Positions 18,709 to 28,843 of a stretch of DNA of 64,000 bases are shown in pieces (position 1 is the first letter of the stretch; every line of letters begins with the position of its first letter). The position numbers were made by a program, and so were the translations under genes. Below the pieces are notes generated by a model. It was given only the letters and a program-made list of their open reading frames with translations, was not told where the DNA came from and did not search any database. Origin of the DNA: an uncultured Planctomycetota bacterium (GTDB lineage Bacteria > Planctomycetota > Planctomycetia > Isosphaerales > Isosphaeraceae); assembly GCA_963737655.1 (NCBI GenBank), contig CAVTTN010000002.1, positions 2,784,001-2,848,000 of the forward strand, read 5' to 3'.

Positions 18709-19715
18709 TGGTCCTTCGGATCGCGAGGGCCGCGACGCTCGATTGCGGGTCGTTCTCGCTGGTGGATCTCGGCCGGGTGAAGACGAGCCATCAGAGGGCC
18801 GACCGCGTGGCGTTCGCCGACTCCGGCCGGCTCCTCGCCGTGACGTGCCCCCGCTACGACCGGCTGATGATCTATCGAGTGACCGAGTCGCCGGCCCTGG
18901 AGCCGGCCCGCGACGTCGAGCTCGGCGGCCAGCCCGTGGCGGTTTGCGCGGCCCGCGATCGGTTCCTCGTGCTGACCCGGCCCACCGGCGACCTCCGCCA
19001 CGTCCAGAAGGGTTCGATTCGCTCGATCGGCTTCGACGGGCGGCCCCTGGCGGCTCCCATCGAGGTCGGATTCTATCCCGATGACCTGGCGATCGGCCCC
19101 GACGGCCGGTTCGCCTTCGCGATCTGCTCGGGACGGGCCGAAGGGGAGCCGGACCGGCCGCTCCCGTCGTTCGCGACGGTCGATCTGGCCGAAGGGCGGG
19201 TCGTGGCGAGCGTCGAGTTCGGCGGTTCGAAGGATGATCCGTGGCGGGTCTCGCTCTCGACGACCGGGCAGGCCGCGGCGGTCACGCTTCGGGGTTCCGA
19301 CGTGGTCGCGGCCGTCGATCTGAGCGACCCTCGGGCCCCTCGCCTGATCGGGCGGACCCCGCTCTCGGCTCGCGAGGTGCCGTATCCCTCGATCGACGGG
19401 CCAGACTGGCTGATGATGCCGGTGGCGAACGATCGCGAGGCGGTCCTGATGCCGTCACCGGGCACGGACGGGCCGTTCGATCCGGTCCGCGGCCTCGTCG
19501 TCTCCACGTTGCCCGACGATTCGGGCCTGGACGTGGTCGAGGTCGCCAGCGGAACAAAACTCGGCCGATTGCCGCTCCGAGGGACGGCCAACCTCGGGGA
19601 AGTCCGGCCGATGGGGATCGCCGGCTCGCCCGATCGCGGCTTGCTGGCCGTGGCCACGCGCTCGGGATCGGTCCACCTCGTGGCGATCCGAACGAAGGGG
19701 GCGCCGTCGCGATGA
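18708..19715 (+). CDS. YncE/YVTN-like beta-propeller domain, likely C-terminal part of a PlsY fusion
   Basis: Repeated blades such as IEVGFYPDDLAIGPDGRFAF and PMGIAGSPDRGLLAVA; frame is open upstream through the G-run at about 18690-18695. Confidence 0.7.
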   Translation: MVLRIARAATLDCGSFSLVDLGRVKTSHQRADRVAFADSGRLLAVTCPRYDRLMIYRVTESPALEPARDVELGGQPVAVCAARDRFLVLTRPTGDLRHVQKGSIRSIGFDGRPLAAPIEVGFYPDDLAIGPDGRFAFAICSGRAEGEPDRPLPSFATVDLAEGRVVASVEFGGSKDDPWRVSLSTTGQAAAVTLRGSDVVAAVDLSDPRAPRLIGRTPLSAREVPYPSIDGPDWLMMPVANDREAVLMPSPGTDGPFDPVRGLVVSTLPDDSGLDVVEVASGTKLGRLPLRGTANLGEVRPMGIAGSPDRGLLAVATRSGSVHLVAIRTKGAPSR

Positions 19716-19804
19716 TCCGGGCGGTGTTGTCGTCGGCCGGTCGGGTCGGTTAGGCTCGGGTCCGCGATCCGACGCCCTCCGCACCTCACGATCGGTCGTT
19801 CGGC

Positions 19805-20398
19805 ATGGCCGCTCTCGACTCCTCGCCGCGATTCTGCCCCCGGTGCGTCCGGGCCCGGCCCGATGGTTCGATCCTCTGCGCCGAGTGCGGCGAGGCGCTC
19901 GTCGATCGGGGGTTCTGCGGGGTCTGCGATCGGTTCTGGAACCTGCGGATCGGCGACGCCTGCCCGAAGCATGAGGTCTCGCTGGACGACGGCCCGCCCC
20001 CGTCGCTGGCGGAACGTCTCGAAGGAGACTTCACCGACTGGGCCTCGGTGGCCGCGTACCCGCACCCGATGGCCGCCGAGGGCGCGAGGATTCGCCTGGA
20101 GGCCGAGGGCATCCCCACGTTCGTCGAAGGGGCGAGGATGGGCGAGCACGGCCTGTATCAACTCGCCACCGGGGGCGTCCGCCTCCAGGTCCCCCGAGAC
20201 CTCGCCGCCGAAGCCCGAATCCTCCTGGCCCAGAGCTGGGCCCCGATCGACGACGATCCCGACGACCTCGACGACGCCTTCGAGGACCTCGCCCCCGAGC
20301 CCGGGGCGAGGCGCCGGGCGATCATGCGAGGACTGATCCTCGTCTTCCTGTTGCTGCCGCTGTTCTCTGCGTTCCTTGCCTGGCTCGGGGGGCGATGA
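19805..20398 (+). CDS. Zinc-ribbon plus DUF2007-like membrane-anchored protein
   Basis: CPRC..CAEC..CGVC..CPKH; RLEAEGIP.F..GGVRLQVP..AAEAR.LL; C-terminal TM. Confidence 0.75.
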   Translation: MAALDSSPRFCPRCVRARPDGSILCAECGEALVDRGFCGVCDRFWNLRIGDACPKHEVSLDDGPPPSLAERLEGDFTDWASVAAYPHPMAAEGARIRLEAEGIPTFVEGARMGEHGLYQLATGGVRLQVPRDLAAEARILLAQSWAPIDDDPDDLDDAFEDLAPEPGARRRAIMRGLILVFLLLPLFSAFLAWLGGR

Positions 20399-20532
20399 AG
20401 GGCGGTCCGCCACGGCCGACCCCTCCGGTTCGCCAATTTCCGCCCCTCTCTGGGCAGCGGCCCAAAACCTGCTATCCTGGACGATCCCGGCCGCACCCGA
20501 GTTGCCGTCATCCAGGAAGGAGCCGTCGGCTC

Positions 20533-22094
20533 ATGGCCGATATCGTGCTGATCAATCCCCGGTTCGAGGTCTCGTACTGGGGGATGGAGAACGCCCTGCC
20601 CTTGATGGGCAAGCGGGCCAACCTGCCCGTCGCGTGCCTCCCCTTGCTCGCCGCCCTCACGCCCGAGGGACATACCGTCACGTTGATCGATGAGAACGTC
20701 GAGGCGATCGACTTCGAGCGCTGCGCCGGGCGGACCTCGTCGGCGTGACCGGGATGAGCGTCCAGAGGTTCCGGATGCGCGAGATCCTCGCCGAGCTGAA
20801 GGAACGCGGGGTCTTCACCGTCGTCGGCGGCCCCCTGGTGACGGTCCAGGAAGACTACTTCGAGGGCCTGGCCGACGTCATCTTCATCGGCGAGGCGGAG
20901 GAGACCTGGCCCCGCTTCCTCGGGGAATGGTCCCAGGGGTTGCATCAGTATCGGTATGAGCAAGTCGACAAGACGGACATGTCCCTCGTCCCCACCCCGC
21001 GGTTCGACCTCCTGAAGATGAGGCACTACGCCTTCGGGTCGCTCCAGTTCTCCCGGGGCTGCCCGTTCCAGTGCGAGTTCTGCGACATCATCGTCACGTT
21101 CGGCCGGAAGCCCCGGATCAAGACCTCGGCCCAGATCCTCAAGGAGCTGGACGCGATCCTGGCGCAAAAGATGAAGATCGCATTCGTGGTCGATGACAAC
21201 CTGATCGGCAACAAGAGGGCGATCAAGGAAGTCCTGAAGGACGTGATCGCCTGGCAGCAATCCACGGGATACCGGCTCACCCTGTTCACCGAGGCGTCGA
21301 TCGACCTGGCCGACGACCCCGAGCTGATGGATTTGATGGTCGATGCGAACATCGTGGGCGTCTTCATCGGGATCGAGAGCCCCAACGAGGAATCGCTCCG
21401 GGAGACGAAGAAGTTCCAGAACGTCCGCCAGGGCGGCACGCTCGTCGAGAAGGTCCGCCGGATCCAGGACGCCGGGATGGAAGTCTGGTGCGGGATGATC
21501 ATCGGCTTCGACAACGACGACGGCTCGATCTTCGAGGCCCAGAAGCAATTCCTGAGGGATTCGCGGATCGCGCTGTCCATGACCGGCATGCTCTACGCGA
21601 TCCCCAAGACGCCTCTTCACGCCCGGCTCGCCGAGGAAGGGCGGCTGGACTTCGCCGACGTCCCCGAGTTCGGCACGAACGTGATCCCCTTGAAGATCGG
21701 CCGGGAGGAGCTTCGCGAGGGATATATCGACGTGATGAATAGCCTCTACGAGCCCGACGCCTTCTTCGAACGGCTCGAAGACCTGTTCCTCGACGGCAAC
21801 CTCCTCGTCGGCCGAGGGCGGGCCCGGTGGTGGAAGAGCCACCGATGGGCGCAGGTCAAGACCGAAGGCATGTGGCTCGGCCAGGCCATCGGGCTGTTCT
21901 ACCGCCTGATGACGATGGTCCCGGAGGCGTCGCTCCGTCGCGAGTACCGCAAGAGGCTCTGGAGGCTCCTCAAGAAGAGGCAGAACCCCGGGGTCGTCCT
22001 CCTCTACGTGATCCACATGGCCCAGCACTACCACGCCCACTCGATGGCCCGCGGGATGGTCTCGGGCCGGTCGCCGGTCTACAACTCGTGGTGA
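20533..22094 (+). CDS. B12-binding radical SAM protein (DUF4070-type); frameshift near 20728
   Basis: LIDENVE, VVGGP, QFSRGCPFQCEFCDI (CxxxCxxC), VDDNLIGN, FIGIESP, IIGFDND. Confidence 0.9.
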
Positions 22095-22154
22095 TCGGCC
22101 CGGACGATTGACCGGGGAGCCGGGACCGCCGATGATGGATGCCATCGCCCTATC

Positions 22155-24002
22155 ATGGACTCCTGGAGATCGGCGATGTTCGGGCTGATCCTCGCCGTGT
22201 TGCTTTCGGATGCACCCACTCCCTCGGCCATCCTGGACGAATATCGCGCGGCCGACCTCCACGCCGGCGCCTCGGCCGGAGACCGCGTGATCCTGGCCCT
22301 CTGGTGCGAGGAGCACGGGCTGCCCGCCGGACGTCGCGAGCAGTTGGAAAAGGCCCTGGCCATCGACCCCGACGACCGGGCCGCCCGGGGGCTCCTGGGG
22401 TTCGTCCGCGACGGCGACCGCTGGGTCTCCCGGGACGAGGCGGGCGAGAAACTCCGATCCGACTCGTCTCTGGCGAAGGCCCTGGCGGATTACAACACCT
22501 TCCGCGACGGCGCCCGGGGCACCGTGGCCGACCAGTGGCGGCTGGCGCTCTGGTGCGAGGCGAACGGATTGCCCGCCGAGGCGCTCGCCCACTTCACGGT
22601 GGTCACCCGGCTCGACCCGGAGCATGCCGGCGCGTGGAGACGGCTCGGGTGCCGGAAGGTCCGCGGCCGGTGGATGAACGAGGATCAGATCGCCGCCGAG
22701 AAGGCCGAGAAGACCACCCAGGCCGCCGCCGACCGGCGATGGAACCCCTGGCTGGTCCAGTGGGACCGCTGGCTCTCCCGGGGAGGCGCCACGAAGGAAG
22801 CCACCCGGGCGCTCGACCCGGTGGACGACCCCCGAGCCGTCCCGTCGATCCGCCGGGTCTTCGGCCAGGGGGCTTCGTGGGAGCAGGCGTGGGCCGTCCG
22901 CCTGTTCGGGCACGTCAAGGCCCCGGCGGCCTCCCAGGAGCTCGCGGCCCTCGCCGTGGAAAGCCGGAGCGAGCGGGTCCGGGACTCGGCCCTCGTCCGG
23001 CTCGACGGCCGCGACCCCCGCGAGTTCGTCGGCCTCCTGATCAACCGGCTCCGCGACCCGATCCGCGTCCAGACCGGCCCCCCGCGAGGCCCGGACGGCC
23101 TGGTCAGCCTCGTGATCGAGACCCGAACGGCGATCGTCGAACGGGATTACGAAATCCCACCCCCCCTTCGGCCCATGTACGGCGCGGCCTCGGCGGGCGG
23201 TCGGCTCCAGGTCGACCAGGACGCCCTCCTCCGCCAGAAGAGGGAAGACCGGCTCGCCGCCCGCCAGAAGATCGCCCGCGACCTGGCCGATCTCGAAGCC
23301 CGGAACGCCGAGATCGTCGAGTCGAATCGGAGGGTCGTCCGCGTCCTGGCCCAGGCGACCGGCCGCGACCTCGGGCCCGATCGGGAGACGTGGGCGAGGT
23401 CGTGGTCGAACGACCTGGGATATTCTTATGAATCGCCCCAGCTCCAGCCCAGGCCGACGATCGTGACCACGGTCCAGGCGGTGGCCGCACGCCCCGTGCC
23501 GATGGTCGCCATGATGCCCCCCTCGCCGATCGCCCGCCACCGGAGCTGTTTCGCCGCCGGAACGCCCGTCCACACCCGCAACGGAGCTCGGCCGATCGAG
23601 GACTTGAAGATCGGCGACGAGGTGCTCAGCCAGAATACCACGACCGGCGAGGTCGCCTTCCGACCGATCGTCGTGACCTTCCACAACCCGCCGACGAGTA
23701 CCCTCCGCCTGGTCCTGGACGGCGAATCGATCACCACCACCGGCGTTCATCGCGTCTGGAAGGCCGGTCAGGGCTGGACGATGGCCCGGGACCTGAAACC
23801 CGGCGACCCGATCCGCCTGATCGACGGCCGAGGCCGAGTGGCGGACGTCGTCCCGGACGACGTCCAGCCCGTCTTCAACCTGGAAGTCGCCGGCAATTCC
23901 GACTTCTTCGTCGGGAAGTCCGGCGTGCTGGTCCACGACAACACGCTCGTGGCTCCGATCGCTCGCCCGTTCGATTCGGCGGCTTCGCGGATCGGAGATT
24001 GA
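22155..24002 (+). CDS. Secreted helical-repeat protein with C-terminal Hint (PT-HINT/BIL-like) domain
   Basis: Hydrophobic N-terminus; two LALWCE..GL repeats; S/CFAAGTPV..PIEDLKIGD.V..TGVH..ARDLKPGD..VFNLEV..FFVG..GVLVHDN. Confidence 0.88.
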   Translation: MDSWRSAMFGLILAVLLSDAPTPSAILDEYRAADLHAGASAGDRVILALWCEEHGLPAGRREQLEKALAIDPDDRAARGLLGFVRDGDRWVSRDEAGEKLRSDSSLAKALADYNTFRDGARGTVADQWRLALWCEANGLPAEALAHFTVVTRLDPEHAGAWRRLGCRKVRGRWMNEDQIAAEKAEKTTQAAADRRWNPWLVQWDRWLSRGGATKEATRALDPVDDPRAVPSIRRVFGQGASWEQAWAVRLFGHVKAPAASQELAALAVESRSERVRDSALVRLDGRDPREFVGLLINRLRDPIRVQTGPPRGPDGLVSLVIETRTAIVERDYEIPPPLRPMYGAASAGGRLQVDQDALLRQKREDRLAARQKIARDLADLEARNAEIVESNRRVVRVLAQATGRDLGPDRETWARSWSNDLGYSYESPQLQPRPTIVTTVQAVAARPVPMVAMMPPSPIARHRSCFAAGTPVHTRNGARPIEDLKIGDEVLSQNTTTGEVAFRPIVVTFHNPPTSTLRLVLDGESITTTGVHRVWKAGQGWTMARDLKPGDPIRLIDGRGRVADVVPDDVQPVFNLEVAGNSDFFVGKSGVLVHDNTLVAPIARPFDSAASRIGD

Positions 24003-24193
24003 ACCGCCAAGACGCCAAGTCCGCCAAGGAAGACGCAGAGAAGAAAAGATCATGAATTAATAAATTCATAAATTTACAAATTTTTGATTTTTCTCCTTTT
24101 CTCTCCTCTTCTCCTCGCCTCTCTTCTCCTCTCCTCTCTTCTCTTCCCCGCGTCTTCCTTGGCGAACTTGGCGTCTTGGCGGTTCAATCTCCG
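23993..24193. repeat. 201-bp hairpin element between convergent genes; probable bidirectional terminator
   Basis: 44-bp arms (23993-24036 and 24150-24193) with 1 mismatch, each holding three CGCCAAG units; AT-rich then CT-rich interior. Confidence 0.9.
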
Positions 24194-25449
24194 GGTTCGG
24201 CCCTCTTGGTCACGGCCAGGAGGAACGTGGGGTTGACGGCCTGGAACCGGACCCGTTCCATCTGCTCGATCCCCCGGCAGACGGCGATATTCCACAGCGC
24301 GACCTCGCCCGCGAGTTCCTTCAAGGTCTTGTGGGCCGAGGCGAGGCTGTCGATCGCCGTGACGTTCACGGCCAATCGGCCTCCGGGCGCGAGCCGGTGA
24401 TACGCGGCGATCAGGACGGGCTCGACCTGACGCCCGGTCCCGCCGACGAACACGGCGTCGGGCTCGGGCAGGTCGGCGAGGGCCTCGGGGGCGCGGCCCG
24501 GGACGGCCTTCACGTTCGGCACGCCGAACGATTCGGTGTTGGCGGCGATCAGGGCGAGGTCGCCCGGGTCGGGTTCGATCGCATAGACCGTCCCCTGGCT
24601 GGCCAGCTGCGCCGCCTCGATCGAGACCGAGCCGCAGCCGGCGCCGATGTCCCAGACGATGCTGGTGGGCCTCACATCCAGTTGCGCCAGGGCGATGCAG
24701 CGCACCTCGGCCTGGGTGATGAGCTCGCGTTTCGGCTGGCTCTGGGCGAAGACTTCATCCGGGTTGCCGAACAGGCGATAACGGCTCTTGACGGCCGCGC
24801 GGTCCGGCCGGTTCGGCTTGCGGACGAGGATCAGGACGTTCAGCGGGTCGAATTCCATCTCGGCGAGGTCGGCGAGCTCGGCCTGCGTGACCCGTTCGTC
24901 GGGCTGGCCGAGGTGCTCGCAGACGTAAGCCCGGAAATAGTCGATCCCCTGCCCCAGCAGGGCCCTTGCCAGACGGCTCGGCGGCTGGTCGTCGCTCGAA
25001 AACAGGCCGACTTTTTCGGCCGTGCGGATCCGGTCGATCACGGCCTCGATCGGGCGGCCGGCGAGGCTGGTCAGATACGCGTCTTCCCAGCTCTCCTTCA
25101 CGCGGGCGAAGGCGAGCTGCATGCTGGAGACGTGGGGGACGACTTCGAAATGGTCCTTGCCCAGCCGATCGCCCAGGTAGCGGGCCACGCCATAAAACAA
25201 CGGGTCGCCGTAATTAACCAGGACCGGCCGGCGACTGGATTCGAGGGCCTCGCGGACCTGCTTGAGGGCGGCGGTCATGTCCGGTTCGAGCGCGACTTTC
25301 CGCGCGGGTACGTCGTCCAGGAGCCGCAACGAGGCTTCGGCGCCGAGGACCAAGTCCGCCTCGCGGACGATCCTCCGGGCCGCCTCGGTCAGGCCGTTCA
25401 GCCCATCATCGCCGATCCCCACGATCACCAATTTCGCCCGATCGCCCAC
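24184..25449 (-). CDS. cobL: Precorrin-6Y C5,15-methyltransferase (decarboxylating), CbiE-CbiT/CobL fusion
   Basis: IVGIGDDG, GDPLFYG, VPHVSSMQLAFAR; ITQAEVR, WDIGAGCGSVSIE, PDAVFVGG, NPTF. Confidence 0.92.
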   Translation of the reverse strand: MGDRAKLVIVGIGDDGLNGLTEAARRIVREADLVLGAEASLRLLDDVPARKVALEPDMTAALKQVREALESSRRPVLVNYGDPLFYGVARYLGDRLGKDHFEVVPHVSSMQLAFARVKESWEDAYLTSLAGRPIEAVIDRIRTAEKVGLFSSDDQPPSRLARALLGQGIDYFRAYVCEHLGQPDERVTQAELADLAEMEFDPLNVLILVRKPNRPDRAAVKSRYRLFGNPDEVFAQSQPKRELITQAEVRCIALAQLDVRPTSIVWDIGAGCGSVSIEAAQLASQGTVYAIEPDPGDLALIAANTESFGVPNVKAVPGRAPEALADLPEPDAVFVGGTGRQVEPVLIAAYHRLAPGGRLAVNVTAIDSLASAHKTLKELAGEVALWNIAVCRGIEQMERVRFQAVNPTFLLAVTKRAEPGD

Positions 25450-25581
25450 GGTCGTCTCGCCCCGGGTGGAGAGGTCTGGAAGGGAACGGCCAGTATACGG
25501 CGGGGGCCTCCGGCGATCACCCCCGGCGCGTCGGTTTATGATAGTCTGGCATCAGATCCGGCAGGAGGAGCCCGACCGATC

Positions 25582-25938
25582 ATGATCACGGTTCGCCGGC
25601 GGTCGACGTTCTGGGGAAGTTGCGACGTCCTCGCGTTCGGGGTGGTGCTCCTTTTCGCCCTCGCGTTCCTCAGCCCCTGCCACGACCCCGGATGCCGCCT
25701 GCGTCGCGCCTGGGTCGGCGACATGGCGGGGAGGGTGGCTCAGGAGAAGGCCCAACTGCGTCGGGCCCTCCGGGAAGGCTCGTGGCGCGAAGCCCGGCTG
25801 AGGGCCGCCGAGGTGCGTCGCCTCGAAGGCCGCCCGGAAATCCTCCGGAGAAGCGAGGCCGACGCCCGCCGCCTCTGCCGATCGACCCGGCTGCCGGATT
25901 TCCAGGGCCTTTGCTTCTGGCGGGTCTGGTGCGAGTGA
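25582..25938 (+). CDS. Hypothetical membrane-anchored protein
   Basis: AGGAGG upstream, one N-terminal hydrophobic stretch, fills intergenic gap. Confidence 0.4.
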   Translation: MITVRRRSTFWGSCDVLAFGVVLLFALAFLSPCHDPGCRLRRAWVGDMAGRVAQEKAQLRRALREGSWREARLRAAEVRRLEGRPEILRRSEADARRLCRSTRLPDFQGLCFWRVWCE

Positions 25939-25965
25939 ACGGAGCCCCGAGGAAGGCTCCGCTCA

Positions 25966-26775
25966 TCAACTGCTCGCGCTGCGATACGACCTCAGCGCCC
26001 TCTGGAAGAACTTCCGGCCGCACCAGGTCATCACGGCCGTTGCCGCCAGGGTGAACGCGACCATCCGCCAGTCCAGGGCCTTGACCATCACCTGCGCCGG
26101 GACGTTCGCCACCAGGAGGATCGGCACGACGTAGGTGAAGAACCGGCCCGCCGGCTCGGCCCACGTCCCCGTGAAGATCTCCTTGGGATACCTCGCCAGG
26201 CTGGAGAACAGCCACCACATCTCCATCAGCCCCTGGTTGCGGACCATCCAGACCGACAGCGACGTCAGCATCAACATGAAGCTGTACGCGATCAGGACCC
26301 CGCAGGTGAACATCGCGAAGAACGCCGCGATTCGGACCGGGTCGAAGTGCCAGGGCATCTGCGTGAGCGCCAGGACCATCACGACGGCACCCATCAAGAC
26401 GTTCGGCGCCGTGGACCAATCGATCCGCCTCATCGAGATCAGGAATTGCTCGTCGATCGGCCGGAGGAGGAGGAAATCGAGGTCCCCGGTGCGGATCAGC
26501 TCGGCGAAGCCGTCGCAATTCTCCAGGAAGAGCGTCTCGATTATCCCGTTCAGGGCGAAGTAGCAGCCGACGAAGAACAGGTATTGCGGCTCGTCCCAGC
26601 CGGCGATCGTCGAGGTCCGCCCGAAGACGGTCCGGTAGAACGCCAGCAAGATCCCGAGCCAGATGACCTCCACCGAGACCTTGGCGAGGAAGTTCCCCCG
26701 GAAGGCGAGCTCGCGGGCCAGGGTGTATCGGCCCATCGCCCCGAGGAGCCGGACGTAGCGGATCGTCGCACTCAT
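25966..26775 (-). CDS. ABC-2 type exporter permease (DUF990-like)
   Basis: FRGNFL, IAGWD, IRTGDLDFLLLRPID.QF, ARYP..IF. Confidence 0.9.
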   Translation of the reverse strand: MSATIRYVRLLGAMGRYTLARELAFRGNFLAKVSVEVIWLGILLAFYRTVFGRTSTIAGWDEPQYLFFVGCYFALNGIIETLFLENCDGFAELIRTGDLDFLLLRPIDEQFLISMRRIDWSTAPNVLMGAVVMVLALTQMPWHFDPVRIAAFFAMFTCGVLIAYSFMLMLTSLSVWMVRNQGLMEMWWLFSSLARYPKEIFTGTWAEPAGRFFTYVVPILLVANVPAQVMVKALDWRMVAFTLAATAVMTWCGRKFFQRALRSYRSASS

Positions 26776-26787
26776 CTCGATCGGCCC

Positions 26788-27691
26788 TCAGCCCCCGAAG
26801 GCGCTATATTGCTTCAGGCCCCGGCGGTACAGCCACCGGGCCAGGACCACGAAGAACACCGCCCAGGCGGCCTCCTTGAGCAGCTCCTCGACCAGGGCCG
26901 CCCCCCGGATCTTCCCCAGGAACACGGCCGCCGGGAAGTACGCCATGTACTGGAACGGCAACCATCGGAGGATCGTGGACCACGGCCGAGGCAGGAGGTC
27001 CAGCGGGAACATGTGCCCCGACACGAAGAAATTCACCGTCATGACGATGTACAGGATCGACGTGACTTCCAAAAACCAGAAGCCCACCATGCCGACGCTC
27101 GCCTCGAAGAAGAACCCGACGACGAACGCCATCAGCAAGGACGCCGAGAACGCCAGCCAGGTCGTCACGTCGGTCGGCACGTGGCCGACGAAGTATCTTC
27201 GGCAGATGAGGAACAAAACCGCGTACGGCACGAACGACGAGATGATATACGTGATCTTGTGGGCGATCCGGTACGACACGAGATAGGCGACCATGTCCAC
27301 CGGCTGGAGCAGATATTTCTTGATCGAGCCCCTCGCGGATGTCCCGGGCGATCCCTCCGGCGAGGCCCGGCATGCTGGAGAACATCCGGCTGATGTTCAC
27401 CAGCAGGAGGTAGGCGATCATCTCGTCGAAGGTGAAGCCCGAGAGCCTCTTCTGGCCCGAGGCCGAGACCGAATCGGCCCGGGAGGAGGCGTAGATCGCC
27501 TGCCAGAGCAGGATGGTCGTGAGGATGGGAAGGAACCGGAGGAACGTGCTGAAGAGGAAGTCGGCGCGATAGGTCATCCGCTCGACGAGCGACGCGCGGA
27601 GGATCTTGGCGTACTTGCGGACGATCGTCGCGGTCGAGGGCCGGAACGCCGGCGCGACGGTTTCGGGGGTGAGGACGGCTTCAGGCGGCAT
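26788..27691 (-). CDS. ABC-2 type exporter permease (DUF990-like); frameshift near 27328
   Basis: YRADF..LWQAIY..IARDIREG, then KYLLQPVD..SGHMFPLDLLP..LPFQYMAYFP..YSAFGG. Confidence 0.88.
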
Positions 27692-28673
27692 CGTGGGCGT
27701 CCTTCCCCTCCTGGAAAACCCGGGCGATCACCCCTTCGAGCGGGGGGTCCTGCACCGAGACATCGGTCACGGAATGGGCGTCGAGGATGGCGCCCAGGGC
27801 CTCGGCGATCCGGTCGCGATCGACCTTCAGGTCGGCCGTGAAGCCGTCCTGGCGGGTGACCTCGCCGAACCGTTCGAGGCCCTCCGGCACGCCGTCGGCG
27901 AACTCCAGTTTCACGAGCTTCGCGTCCCCGAACCGCTCGGTCAGGCCGGAGAGCTCGCCGTCATACACGAGCTTGCCGTGGGTGATCACCAGGACTCGCT
28001 GGCACAGGGCCTCCACGTCCCTCATGTAGTGGCTCGTCAGGAGCATCGTGACGCCCCGGCGGGCGTGGTACTCCTTCAGGCACTTCTGGATGGCCACCTG
28101 GGCGACGACATCGAGGCCGATCGTCGGTTCGTCCAGGAGCAACAGGCTCGGCTGGTGGAGGAGGGCCGCGATCAGCTCCATCTTCATCCGCTCGCCGAGC
28201 GAGAGCTCGCGGACGGCCTGCTTCGTCAGCTTCTCGACGCCGAGGAGCTCGGTGAGCTCGGTGAGCGTCCTGTTGAAGTCGGCGGCGGGGAGCGAATAGA
28301 TCTCCCGGTGGAGCTGGAAGCTGTCGGCGGCGGGAAGGTCCCACCACAACTGGTTCTTCTGGCCCATCACCAGGGCGAACTGGCGGCGGAAGGCGTCGCG
28401 ACGCTCCCACGGGACGAATCCGAGCACCTGGGCCGAGCCGGAGGTCGGATAGATCAGGCCGGAGAGCATCTTGAGCGTGGTCGTCTTCCCCGCGCCATTG
28501 GGGCCGAGGAACGCGACCATCTCCCCGGGCTCGATCGAGAACGTGACGCCATCGACGGCCTTCACGGTTTTGTAATCGCGCTTGTAGAGCCCTCGCAGCG
28601 CGCCGAGGAGTCCTTCCTTCTTCTGGAAGACCCGGTACGTCTTGGAGAGTCCCTCGGCCTCGATGATCGGCAT
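27681..28673 (-). CDS. ABC transporter ATP-binding protein
   Basis: GPNGAGKTT, LSLGERMK, LLLDEPTIGLD, TSHYM. Confidence 0.95.
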   Translation of the reverse strand: MPIIEAEGLSKTYRVFQKKEGLLGALRGLYKRDYKTVKAVDGVTFSIEPGEMVAFLGPNGAGKTTTLKMLSGLIYPTSGSAQVLGFVPWERRDAFRRQFALVMGQKNQLWWDLPAADSFQLHREIYSLPAADFNRTLTELTELLGVEKLTKQAVRELSLGERMKMELIAALLHQPSLLLLDEPTIGLDVVAQVAIQKCLKEYHARRGVTMLLTSHYMRDVEALCQRVLVITHGKLVYDGELSGLTERFGDAKLVKLEFADGVPEGLERFGEVTRQDGFTADLKVDRDRIAEALGAILDAHSVTDVSVQDPPLEGVIARVFQEGKDAHDAA

Positions 28674-28843
28674 GCCCGTCTGGCACTCCTGGGGCTGTCG
28701 CGAATCGGCGTCGATCCGGGCGTCCGGTCCCGAGAACGCCCCTATTGTATCCCGGCCCCCTCGAAATCAAGCGAGAAGCGACCAGTCTACTCCGGACCCC
28801 CGGGTTTCGGCTAGGATGGGACGCGAGAGGAAGGAGGCCCGCC

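Noticed and set aside
20533..22094. Specific call as hopanoid methylase HpnP or a RiPP maturase
   Set aside because: Domain architecture is shared by many B12 radical SAM enzymes; no hpn genes or precursor peptide nearby
22155..24002. Polymorphic toxin-immunity locus
   Set aside because: Only 19 residues follow the Hint domain and no immunity gene lies downstream
25449..25582. Cobalamin riboswitch upstream of cbiET (also sought before bluB)
   Set aside because: No B12-box or conserved core recognisable; spacers are short
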